Below, piece after piece: positions 19,569-27,778 of a stretch of DNA of 58,945 nt. The position numbers and the translations under genes were made by a program. How positions within the stretch are numbered: position 1 is the stretch's first letter; each line of letters opens with the position of its first letter. The DNA is from an uncultured Candidatus Cloacimonadota bacterium. GTDB lineage: Bacteria > Cloacimonadota > Cloacimonadia > Cloacimonadales > TCS61. The DNA is taken from contig CAYWJN010000004.1 in assembly GCA_964457455.1 (NCBI GenBank), positions 1 through 58,945 on the forward strand, read 5' to 3'. Under the pieces are notes generated by a model, which was not told the origin of the DNA, did not search any database, and saw only the letters and a program-made list of their open reading frames with translations.

Positions 19569-19697
19569 TTCCGAAGCTTCCGCTTCGGAAACTAATAGGA
19601 TTTGAAGTGTTTGATCCAGCGTTGAAAACTCCTAATTCGCTCTTGAGTGAAGCAGAAGCTTCTGAAGTTAGTGCCTTCCGAACTAAAAAGTTCGGAA
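19569..19697. repeat. Cluster of REP-like palindromes at the 5' end of the ferredoxin gene
   Basis: ttccgaagcttccgcttcggaa, gaagcagaagcttc, ttccgaactaaaaagttcggaa. Confidence 0.65.
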
Positions 19698-19969
19698 GGA
19701 GAAAATCAATATGTCGGAAATTTAATTCACTCATTAGTATATTTTTAATCCTGTTTTTTTTAACGATTTCGATTTTCGCACTTAAAATCAGCAAAATTTA
19801 TATTGAAGCAAATTCTTGTGTAGGTTGCGGAGATTGTGTATTGGTTTGCCCTATTGTAGATGCAATTGAGATCATAGATGGCAAAGCAGTTATCGATATA
19901 AAAGTTTGCATTGAATGTGATATTTGCGTGAAATCCTGTACATACAATGCCATCAGGAAATCCGAATGA
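19607..19969 (+). CDS. Exported or membrane-anchored 2x[4Fe-4S] ferredoxin (start uncertain)
   Basis: Hydrophobic signal-like segment SLISIFLILFFLTISIFA, then CVGCGDCVLVCP and CIECDICVKSC. GTG start has AGGA 6 nt upstream; the 5' region is occupied by palindromes. Confidence 0.8.
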   Translation: MFDPALKTPNSLLSEAEASEVSAFRTKKFGRRKSICRKFNSLISIFLILFFLTISIFALKISKIYIEANSCVGCGDCVLVCPIVDAIEIIDGKAVIDIKVCIECDICVKSCTYNAIRKSE

Positions 19970-20214
19970 AAAAAATTGTTCATTTCATTCTAATTGGATT
20001 ACTTGGATTTATTATCTTTTTAGGATGCGAGAAAATCAGTAACCTGGAATACAATATTGACAGCAGCTCATGTAATTCCTGTGGAAAATGTATGCAAATC
20101 TGTCCTGTGGATGCCATAGATTTTGGAGAAGATGGAAAAGCAATTATTGACCAGACAAAATGTAACCAGTGCGGACAATGCATCTATATCTGCCCAAAAG
20201 ATGCCATTTACTAA
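19966..20214 (+). CDS. Lipoprotein 2x[4Fe-4S] ferredoxin
   Basis: MKKIVHFILIGLLGFIIFLGC lipobox; CNSCGKCMQICP and CNQCGQCIYICP; ATGA overlap with the previous stop. Confidence 0.9.
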   Translation: MKKIVHFILIGLLGFIIFLGCEKISNLEYNIDSSSCNSCGKCMQICPVDAIDFGEDGKAIIDQTKCNQCGQCIYICPKDAIY

Positions 20215-21452
20215 TGAAGAAAATTGTAATTTTATTTATTTTATTTTTTATTTTCTCCTTCGGAAATTCCGAGATTCTTAATTGGAGTCAAATCAGTTAT
20301 CAAGCCTTTCTCACAGGTTCTTCGGACGATGTCGATGTTGTTACATCTTCCAGTCCAAATGCAGATAATTCTGTAAATACAAAATTAAAATCAGGCATAA
20401 GATGGAAGCATGAATTCAAAAGGAATTTCGATAATTTCAATATTTCCTTAAAGAACGATTTTTTCTATTCAGAAAAAAGTCATGAATCCAGAAACTCTTT
20501 TTTCTTTAATGATGCAAAACTGAAATTATCTTATTTTCCATACTCACATTATATCAAATTTCAATATAGAAATCGCTGGTTCGATAAGGACAATACCAGG
20601 ATCTTAACAATTCCGGGAACAGAAGAAATTACCAAACAGAAAATGATTCATAATACAGAATTGCAGTATAAATCAAATTGGAAAAAATTAAATTTTTCTT
20701 TCTATGGTAAACTCAGAAATCTTGATTATAATTATTTCATTTTTGATGAAGAAAATTCTAATGATGAGTTTGCCAAATTTACCGAATGGGAAAACGATAT
20801 TTGTACTTCAGCGAAGATTTCTTATGAAATAAACAATCTTTTTAATCTTTTTGTTTCAGGATATTATAAAGATGATTTGAATGAATATAACTGGTTTAAT
20901 CATACGAAATTAGGTGTAGGATTGAACTATTACAAAAAGTACAATTTCTTTAATTTCTTAAATGCGAATTTCACTTATTTTCATAATGATTCCGAGCAAA
21001 TCTCAGACGAGAAAATGCATTATTTCATTACACAGATGCGTTACACAAAAAGAATCGGAACTTCTTTAGCCGGATTTATCTCATACATAAACCGTTCCTG
21101 TTATGATTCTAAACAAGGCAAACTTTTACGAATTTCCAATATGTTGAAGCTTCACGCAAAATATAGTTATAGATTAGATACTTTTCTAGATTCTTATGTG
21201 ATTGCTGGAATCAAAATTAATCCTGAAAATAAGGGAAATCTGATTTTCTCTGAACTTAATCATAATCTTTACAAAAATATTTTTGGTTTGTTTTCGCTCA
21301 AATATGCTGATGAATTATTTTATGCTTTCAGCACCGGATTTGAATATTATCTCTCTCCTGTAAAATCTTTCTGGATCAATAACGAATTTACAGATTTCAA
21401 AAAAACGCCCATCCAAAATATTATTTTTATAGGTTCAACTATTTTGTTTTAA
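20214..21452 (+). CDS. Predicted outer-membrane beta-barrel protein (412 aa)
   Basis: Signal peptide MKKIVILFILFFIFSFGNS, many amphipathic Tyr/Phe-rich strands, terminal Phe (FIGSTILF); TAATG overlap with the upstream gene. Confidence 0.7.
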   Translation: MKKIVILFILFFIFSFGNSEILNWSQISYQAFLTGSSDDVDVVTSSSPNADNSVNTKLKSGIRWKHEFKRNFDNFNISLKNDFFYSEKSHESRNSFFFNDAKLKLSYFPYSHYIKFQYRNRWFDKDNTRILTIPGTEEITKQKMIHNTELQYKSNWKKLNFSFYGKLRNLDYNYFIFDEENSNDEFAKFTEWENDICTSAKISYEINNLFNLFVSGYYKDDLNEYNWFNHTKLGVGLNYYKKYNFFNFLNANFTYFHNDSEQISDEKMHYFITQMRYTKRIGTSLAGFISYINRSCYDSKQGKLLRISNMLKLHAKYSYRLDTFLDSYVIAGIKINPENKGNLIFSELNHNLYKNIFGLFSLKYADELFYAFSTGFEYYLSPVKSFWINNEFTDFKKTPIQNIIFIGSTILF

Positions 21453-21462
21453 AGGATATTGA

Positions 21463-22461
21463 ATGCTGCGCACATTAATTGAAGGTTTTGCTTTAGGTCT
21501 TTCCACCGGTTCGATTTGCCTGGCAACCTGTACTCCCATTTATCTGCCCTACCTGCTTACCGAAGAACGAAAACTGAGTAAAAGCCTGCTCAAAGTGGCA
21601 GAAATTTCTGCTGGCAGATTTTTTTCTTACATAGCTTTTGGAGCTGCTGCTGGTTATGCTGGAGCAAATATTACTTCCATCGATAGAGAAATTTTCACTT
21701 CGATTGCCTACATCCTGCTTTCTATTTATCTTATTTTGAGTGCTTATCGCGCCCATCAACACGATAAAAAATGTCATGTCCCAAAAATTGCTCGATTTAC
21801 AAGAAATGCATTTATCTTAGGAATTTTAACAGGTATTAATTTCTGTCCTGCCTTTCTGATTGCACTTTCCAAAGCAGTCAATCTGGGTGGGATGTTCAGC
21901 GGAATGTTTTTATTTTTAGGTTTCTTTTTTGGAACCACCCTTTTCCTGATTCCTCTGGCGTTTTTTGGATTATTATCCAAAATAAACGTGATGAAACTCA
22001 TCGCTCAAATAGCATCAGTTCTTATTGCAATCTGGTTTATTTTTACTGGAATTAAGGGAATAATACATTGGAACGAACACAGGATAATATCTGAAGAACC
22101 AGCCAGAATCGTTGAAGTTTTCGCTCCCAGACAGTCAATTTTAATTATCTCAAACGAAAATAACCTCGAGTATTTTTCAGCTTTAAAAGACTCCATTTCA
22201 TCATTTCATAATGCAAAGATAAAGCTTCATAAAACGCAAAAAGTTGTTCCGGATTCTTTTAAGTTCGATGCTGATTTGATAATTTTTGCAGATTCGGAAT
22301 TGTTTGAATTAAAATCTAATAATTTAATTTTAGAAAACTTTGATTATTTCCAGGTAGAAACAGATTATCCGATTCCCCAAATGTTGAATTTTTTGAGAAA
22401 ATTCACATTTAAAACCAGAGATAAATTACACTGGAAATTTTCTTTGGAAGATAGTTCTTAG
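21463..22461 (+). CDS. DsbD_2/CcdA-like (TauE/SafE-annotated) membrane protein with extra C-terminal soluble domain
   Basis: About 6 TM helices with GLSTGSICLATCTP and GINFCP cysteine motifs, followed by about 130 hydrophilic residues. Confidence 0.78.
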   Translation: MLRTLIEGFALGLSTGSICLATCTPIYLPYLLTEERKLSKSLLKVAEISAGRFFSYIAFGAAAGYAGANITSIDREIFTSIAYILLSIYLILSAYRAHQHDKKCHVPKIARFTRNAFILGILTGINFCPAFLIALSKAVNLGGMFSGMFLFLGFFFGTTLFLIPLAFFGLLSKINVMKLIAQIASVLIAIWFIFTGIKGIIHWNEHRIISEEPARIVEVFAPRQSILIISNENNLEYFSALKDSISSFHNAKIKLHKTQKVVPDSFKFDADLIIFADSELFELKSNNLILENFDYFQVETDYPIPQMLNFLRKFTFKTRDKLHWKFSLEDSS

Positions 22462-22470
22462 AATTATTAA

Positions 22471-22537
22471 CTTTCCGAAACTTATCTTTTAGATTCCCGC
22501 TTCTGCGGGATGACATTTCATAAGAAGTTTCGGAAAG
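22471..22537. terminator. Nested inverted repeat containing a GTCAT-type REP, between convergent genes
   Basis: ctttccgaaactt (22471-22483) and aagtttcggaaag (22525-22537) enclose agattcccgcttctgcgggatgaca. Confidence 0.65.
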
Positions 22538-22561
22538 GTCCACCTCACAACCCGCAACCCG

Positions 22562-23040
22562 CTAAACCTCAATCCTAAATCCTGCTCCGTCTTGTACGTT
22601 TAGCGCTGTCAGCTTACCTTTCATATTATCTTCGATGATGGTTTTGGACATATATAAACCAAGTCCGGTTCCCGTTTCATCATCTTTAGTAGTAAAATAC
22701 GGCTCAAAGATGCGTCCTATAATATCTTGGAGAATTCCTCCGCCAGTACCAGATATGGTTAAAACGCTCTTGCCATTCTCTTTATACAAATTAATGATTA
22801 TTTTTCTATTTTCAATTTTGATGTTTCGTTCTTTTAAAACGTCCTTTGCATTGTTCAAAATATTCAATATTACCGGGAATATTCATTGGGAAAACCATTG
22901 ATAAAGCAAGTTTCATCCAAATTGAGTTCTAACTTTATAGAGTTTAATCTGAAACTTGCTTTCACAAAACTAATAGTCTTCTCAATTATACTTTTTACGT
23001 TAAATTCTTGTATCAACTTATTGGGTTTGATAAGTTGAAA
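22562..23040 (-). pseudogene. Frameshifted sensor histidine kinase remnant (HATPase_c only)
   Basis: ...GFPNEYS | 1-nt deletion near 22874 | VILNILNNAKD...ISGTGGGI...IFEPYFTTK...GTGLGLYMSK. The G1-box Asp is lost, and there is no H-box or sensor domain. Confidence 0.8.
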
Positions 23041-23269
23041 TTACATTAAGTTATTTTATTCAGCTTCTTCCAGATGTTATTTCTTTGCTCTTATCAACTT
23101 TTTGAAAATTCGATATTAAAAAGAATCTGTCAAGAAATGTAAATATTTGAAAATTATTCTACAAATAAGAGACTCTTCTTGGATCAATTTGATAAATCCG
23201 GTTATTAAATTTTAACAACAACTTGTTAGTAGATCGTTTCCTAATTATCGTTGCAATAATTTGTTTATT

Positions 23270-23410
23270 AAATTCCAAATTTCAAGCATCAAATATCAAA
23301 TAAATTCCAATAACAAAAATTCAAAATTTTAAGCTTAGGATGGAAAGAATATTTAGAAATAAAATTATTTGTAATTTGGGATTTTCTTTAATTGCTAGAT
23401 TATTTTGGAA
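23270..23410. repeat. Heptamer (aaat(t/a)(t/c)c / caaat) repeat arrays in inverted orientation
   Basis: aaattccaaatttcaagcatcaaatatcaaataaattccaa ... atttgtaatttgggatttt. Confidence 0.5.
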
Positions 23411-23463
23411 ACTTTATATGAGTCAGTTTTGATTTGTAAGAACCTAATAATTTACTGTTTTAT

Positions 23464-23491
23464 AAAAAAGCCGTGAAAACTTTTCACGGCT
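23464..23491 (-). terminator. Intrinsic terminator of the tRNA operon
   Basis: On the minus strand agccgtgaaaa-g-ttttcacggct is followed by tttttt, immediately after tRNA-His. Confidence 0.8.
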
Positions 23492-23496
23492 GGAAC

Positions 23497-23572
23497 TGGG
23501 GTGGATGACGGGATTTGAACCCGCAACGCCTGGAACCACAATCCAGTGCTCTACCGTTGAACTACACCCACC
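23497..23572 (-). tRNA. tRNA-His (GUG)
   Basis: G(-1)GTGGGTG acceptor stem, anticodon loop TT-GTG-GT, GGTTCAAATCC T-arm, C73-CCA encoded. Confidence 0.95.
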
Positions 23573-23636
23573 ATATAAATTTAATATTTAATATTGACAA
23601 TTGAATAATTAAACAAATACAATCAGCAATTTAAAA

Positions 23637-23713
23637 TGGCACGCCAGAAGGGATTCGAACCCCTGACCTACGGATTAGAAATCCGTTGCTCTATCCTACT
23701 GAGCTACTGGCGC
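23637..23713 (-). tRNA. tRNA-Arg (UCU)
   Basis: GCGCCAG/CTGGCGT acceptor stem, ACGGA-TT-TCT-AA-TCCGT, GGTTCGAATCC, CCA. Confidence 0.95.
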
Positions 23714-23716
23714 AAA

Positions 23717-23793
23717 TGGTAGCGGCGCAGGGACTCGAACCCCGGACACTCGGATTATGATTCCGATGCTCTAACCGACTGAGCTACGCCGCC
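23717..23793 (-). tRNA. tRNA-Met elongator (CAU)
   Basis: GGCGGCG/CGCCGCT acceptor stem, TCGGA-AT-CAT-AA-TCCGA, CCA. The acceptor resembles elongator Met; Ile2 is not formally excluded. Confidence 0.88.
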
Positions 23794-23856
23794 ATCGAAA
23801 AAAAATGAGATAAACTGGTTATCTCAATCGTTAGCTTCATATGAAAAAGAACTTTT

Positions 23857-23930
23857 TGGTAGCGAAAAGAAATTTGAATCATTATTAGGATTTTGAAGCT
23901 AACAATTCATCAATTTTCTTTATTAACAAC
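23857..23930 (-). pseudogene. Heavily decayed tRNA-fMet-like copy
   Basis: Forward tggtagcgaaaagaaatttgaatc...gattttgaagctaacaattcatcaattttctttattaacaac is colinear with the neighbouring fMet (tggtagcgaggggaggatttgaacc...ggttatgagcccgacgagctaccagactgctccacctcgcaac). Differences are mostly G>A and C>T. Confidence 0.55.
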
Positions 23931-23944
23931 TACTACCTGAAAAA

Positions 23945-24021
<77 letters not shown>

Positions 24022-24131
24022 ACAGCAAGTTGTATATTTTTTTGCACCAGTTTGATGTCAAGAAAAAAGATGATAAGAAAAACCTTGACGATTTAAGGTA
24101 GTAATGTGTAAAAAAAACTAAAGGAAATATA

Positions 24132-25625
24132 ATGTTCAATGAAATAATTATTAATGTTCACCCTTATGAAAAGCGAATTGCTATTATTGAGGATAATAAT
24201 CTGGTCGAGTTATTTACCGAAAAAAAAGCTCAGGACCCTATTATAGGAAATATTTATAAAGGAATAATCCGAAATGTTCTTCCTGGTATGGGAGCTGCTT
24301 TCATCGATATTGGATTAGCAAGAACTGCTTTTTTGCATTATCGAGATATCGATCCGAAGCATTTAGAAAGTAGTCAATCAAAAATCACTTTAAAAAAAGA
24401 TTCCTCAAATATCAGTAAAATTCTTTCTGCAGGCCAGGAAATTGTTGTTCAGGTTAAGAAAAGTCCTGTAGGCAAAAAGGGAGCAAGAGTAACAGGTAAA
24501 CTTTCAATTCCGGGAAAATTCATGGTTTTCATGCCTAACAAAAAAAGCATCTCAGTATCAAGAAAAATATCTTCTTCAATAGAAAAAAAGAGAGTAAGAA
24601 AAATTCTGAATAAAATAAAAGATACTAATATCGGATTGATCGTGCGAACAGATACTGAAGGAATTGAAGAAGAAGATTTCTTTTCGGAATATAATGGACT
24701 TTCAAAAACCTGGAAATTGGTTGAAAAACAAATGAAACATGCAAAAGCTCCAACCTGCCTGTTTGATGAGAACGATCTTTCTTTCACGATCGTGAGAGAT
24801 TTATTCAGCACAAAAATCAACAGATTGGTAATTGATGATAAAAAACTGAAAAATCACATAACCTCCAGATTGAAAGATATCACACCTGAGCTTATAAATA
24901 GGATCGAACTCTATTCTGAAGATTCTCCAATTTTTGATGCATATGGAATTGAAAAAGAAATTGAGAGTATTTTCCATTCCAAAATAAAACTTCCGAGTGG
25001 TGGCAACATAAAAATCCAGCAAACTGAAGCACTTGTAGCAATAGATGTTAACACTGGTAGTTTTACAGGTAAAGATAATTACCTGGAAACCATTAAAAGA
25101 ACTAACCTGGAAGCTGCTTACGAAACCGCTCGTCAAATCAGATTGCGAGATTTAAGCGGAATTATGGTTATCGATTTCATTGATATGAATGATGAAATCT
25201 CGGAAGAAGAAGTATTTTCAGTACTAAAAAATTCACTCAAACAAGATCGAGCAACCAACCGAGTCTTCCCATTCAGTCCATTGGGTCTTGTAGAAATTTC
25301 CCGAAAAAGAACCCGCGCTAGTTTACTGTTAACTTATTCAGAACAATGTCCACACTGCAATGGAACCGGAAGACTTTTATCGCGAGATTCTGTGGCAGTG
25401 CAAATTTCACGCTGGTTAAAAAGAGCAGAATATTTCATAAAAAATCTTCCTTTGAGGGTTTATGTTCATAAAAATGTAAAATTATTTTTAGATAGCCATC
25501 CCGACCTTTTTAAAGATATTGAGAATCCTCTCGAAATAATTATTGATAATAATATCGAGTTGGATAAATTTAAGATATTTTCTGCTAAATCCAATAAAGA
25601 CATAACCTCCGAATATAATTCTTGA
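24132..25625 (+). CDS. rng: Rne/Rng family ribonuclease (RNase G-like)
   Basis: GNIYKGII..VLPGMGAAFIDIG (S1), IDVNTGSF, RQIRLRDLSGIMVIDFIDM, CPHCNGTG. Confidence 0.95.
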   Translation: MFNEIIINVHPYEKRIAIIEDNNLVELFTEKKAQDPIIGNIYKGIIRNVLPGMGAAFIDIGLARTAFLHYRDIDPKHLESSQSKITLKKDSSNISKILSAGQEIVVQVKKSPVGKKGARVTGKLSIPGKFMVFMPNKKSISVSRKISSSIEKKRVRKILNKIKDTNIGLIVRTDTEGIEEEDFFSEYNGLSKTWKLVEKQMKHAKAPTCLFDENDLSFTIVRDLFSTKINRLVIDDKKLKNHITSRLKDITPELINRIELYSEDSPIFDAYGIEKEIESIFHSKIKLPSGGNIKIQQTEALVAIDVNTGSFTGKDNYLETIKRTNLEAAYETARQIRLRDLSGIMVIDFIDMNDEISEEEVFSVLKNSLKQDRATNRVFPFSPLGLVEISRKRTRASLLLTYSEQCPHCNGTGRLLSRDSVAVQISRWLKRAEYFIKNLPLRVYVHKNVKLFLDSHPDLFKDIENPLEIIIDNNIELDKFKIFSAKSNKDITSEYNS

Positions 25626-25651
25626 CAAGCAAAACCCCTAAAAAGCTTTTG
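25622..25651 (+). promoter_or_regulatory. Putative rplU-rpmA promoter
   Basis: TTGACA 25622-25627 overlapping the rng stop, then 20 nt, then TTTG. Confidence 0.45.
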
Positions 25652-25690
25652 TTTTTTTGATTGATTTTTATGATTGTTTAGGAGAAAAAG

Positions 25691-26005
25691 ATGTATGCTG
25701 TTGTTGATTTTAAAGGTACTCAATTTAAGGTAGAAAAAGACCAAATTGTAAAAGTACCTTTTTTAAGTGACCTGGAAGTTGGAGCTGAAGTTGAAATTGA
25801 GAAAGTACTTTTAATTCAAAATGGAGATAAGACAGAAATTGGTCAACCAAACGTTAAAAAAGCAAAAGTTTTAGCTGAGATTATCTCTCATAAAAAAGAT
25901 AAAAAAATAATTGTCTTTAAGAAAAAAAGAAGAAAAGGCTACGAGAAAAAACAAGGTCACAGACAGAGTTATACTGAAATAAAAATTAAGGAAATTATTA
26001 CTTAG
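25691..26005 (+). CDS. rplU: 50S ribosomal protein L21
   Basis: [15 protein letters not shown]...[19 protein letters not shown]. Confidence 0.98.
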   Translation: MYAVVDFKGTQFKVEKDQIVKVPFLSDLEVGAEVEIEKVLLIQNGDKTEIGQPNVKKAKVLAEIISHKKDKKIIVFKKKRRKGYEKKQGHRQSYTEIKIKEIIT

Positions 26006-26013
26006 AGGTTATT

Positions 26014-26271
26014 ATGGCACATAAAAAAGGTGTTGGAAGTAGTAAAAACGGACGGGACAGCAATCCTCAATATCTGGGCGTAAAAAAATATGGCGGTGAA
26101 AAAGTTTTAGCGGGAAATATCATAGTCAGGCAAAGAGGAACTAAAATTCATAATGGTAACAATGTGGGACTTGGAAAAGATTATACGCTCTTTAGTTTAA
26201 TCGATGGTTTTGTGAAATATGAAACTAAGAAAGCAGGTAAAAAATTTGCCTGCGTCTATTCTGAAAGGTAA
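26014..26271 (+). CDS. rpmA: 50S ribosomal protein L27
   Basis: [24 protein letters not shown]. Confidence 0.99.
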   Translation: MAHKKGVGSSKNGRDSNPQYLGVKKYGGEKVLAGNIIVRQRGTKIHNGNNVGLGKDYTLFSLIDGFVKYETKKAGKKFACVYSER

Positions 26272-26299
26272 TAAAAAGTATATTCATAAATTTTTACAA

Positions 26300-26327
26300 G
26301 CAGCTCAAAAAGGGCTGTTTTTTTTTT
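26300..26327 (+). terminator. Intrinsic terminator
   Basis: gcagctc-aaaaa-gggctgt followed by a long T run. Confidence 0.75.
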
Positions 26328-26398
26328 AACTTTAAAAAATTAATTGCCTTCCAAAACTTAAGTTTTTTATTTGTATTCAATAAATTTCTGGAGTTATA

Positions 26399-27760
26399 TT
26401 GCAAAAAAAGAATAATCTCATTTTAGCAGATGAAAATATCCTAAAACTTCTTTTTAAACTCTCCATGCCTGCAACCATCGGTATGATTGTAATGGCTCTG
26501 TACAATGTTGTAGATGCAATATTTATCGGACGTGGAGTTGGTACACTCGGTATCGCAGGAATTTCAATTGTTTTTCCAATCCAGATGTTTATCCTTGCTT
26601 TAGGTCAGATGGTTGGAATTGGTGGCGCTTCAATTATTTCTCGCAGCCTTGGTGCTACCAATTATGCAAAAGCAAATCTAACTCTTGGTAATGTATATTC
26701 AATAATTATAGTTCTCTCTTTTATTATAGCATTTCTGGGTTCACAATTTATTGATTTTTTCTTAGAAGCTTTTGGGGCAACTCCTGCCATTTTACCATTT
26801 GCCAGAGATTATATGCAGATTATAATTTTGGGAGCAGTTTTTTTTGCCTTCTTAGTTTCCAGCAATTCTTTGATTCGTTCTGAGGGAAGGGCAAAGATCG
26901 CCATGGGAACCATGATTGTTTCCGCTGGTATGAATATCATATTAGACCCAATTTTCATATTCGGATTTAAATTGGGAATTAAAGGAGCTGCTTATGCCAC
27001 AGTTATTTCGCAGGCTTTAGCAGTATTTTACATAATCTATTATTTCAGTTCGAAAAAAAGTATTTTAAAATTCTCGTTTAAGAATTTGAGAATCGATTTC
27101 TCAATTTTGAAAGAAATTTTTGCCATCGGAGTTTCATCTTTTGTGAGACTGGTTAGTCGCAGCATCATGGTAATAATTTTAAACAATATTTTATCCATCT
27201 ATGGGAGTGATGTATCAATCGCAGTTTTTGGAGTTTTGAATAGAATTTTACGATTTGCTATAATGCCAATTTTTGGAATTGCTCAAGGATTTCAACCTAT
27301 TGCCGGTTTCAATTTTGGTGCAAAATTATATCGTAAAACAAAAGAGGCAATAAAATTAGCAGTTATTGCAGCCACAGGAATTTCAATTTTAGGATTTCTT
27401 ATTTTGATTTTATTACCCAATTTTTTAATGAGAATTTTCACTCAAGATGAAAATTTGATTTCACAAGGAACATTTGCTTTGCGAATTATCATTATTACGC
27501 TGCCCACAATTGGCTTCCAAATTATTGGAGCAACAACATTTCAGGCGATTGGAAAACCATTACCTGCCTTACTTTTATCAATGTCCAGACAGATACTGTT
27601 CTTAATTCCATTGCTTTTGATTCTGCCAAAATTCTTTCAATTATCAGGAATCTGGATTGCATTTCCCATTGCAGATATCTTAGCTGCTTTTATCACTTTT
27701 GTTATGCTCAAAAAGCAGTTAAGAGAATTTAATGTTATTATCCAAAGAGGAAAAATTTAA
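26399..27760 (+). CDS. MATE family efflux transporter (MepA-like)
   Basis: YNVVDAIFIG, RSEGRAKIAM, NIILDPIFIF..GIKGAAYAT, QGFQPIAGFNFGA; about 12 TM helices. Confidence 0.93.
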   Translation: MQKKNNLILADENILKLLFKLSMPATIGMIVMALYNVVDAIFIGRGVGTLGIAGISIVFPIQMFILALGQMVGIGGASIISRSLGATNYAKANLTLGNVYSIIIVLSFIIAFLGSQFIDFFLEAFGATPAILPFARDYMQIIILGAVFFAFLVSSNSLIRSEGRAKIAMGTMIVSAGMNIILDPIFIFGFKLGIKGAAYATVISQALAVFYIIYYFSSKKSILKFSFKNLRIDFSILKEIFAIGVSSFVRLVSRSIMVIILNNILSIYGSDVSIAVFGVLNRILRFAIMPIFGIAQGFQPIAGFNFGAKLYRKTKEAIKLAVIAATGISILGFLILILLPNFLMRIFTQDENLISQGTFALRIIIITLPTIGFQIIGATTFQAIGKPLPALLLSMSRQILFLIPLLLILPKFFQLSGIWIAFPIADILAAFITFVMLKKQLREFNVIIQRGKI

Positions 27761-27778
27761 CAAAAGCGAGGTGAAAAA

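Noticed and set aside
19603-19605. Possible selenocysteine or readthrough TGA joining ATG 19528 to the ferredoxin
   Set aside because: The frame hits another TGA at 19612-19614, and the ferredoxin is in a different frame.
19690-19715. GRRKSI as a twin-arginine signal
   Set aside because: It lacks the S/T-RR-x-F-L-K consensus and is encoded by a palindromic repeat arm. It is not excluded, but unsupported.
23717-23793. tRNA-Ile2 (CAU, lysidine) identity
   Set aside because: The acceptor stem GGCGGCG/CGCCGCT resembles elongator Met tRNAs; Ile2 is less likely but not excluded.
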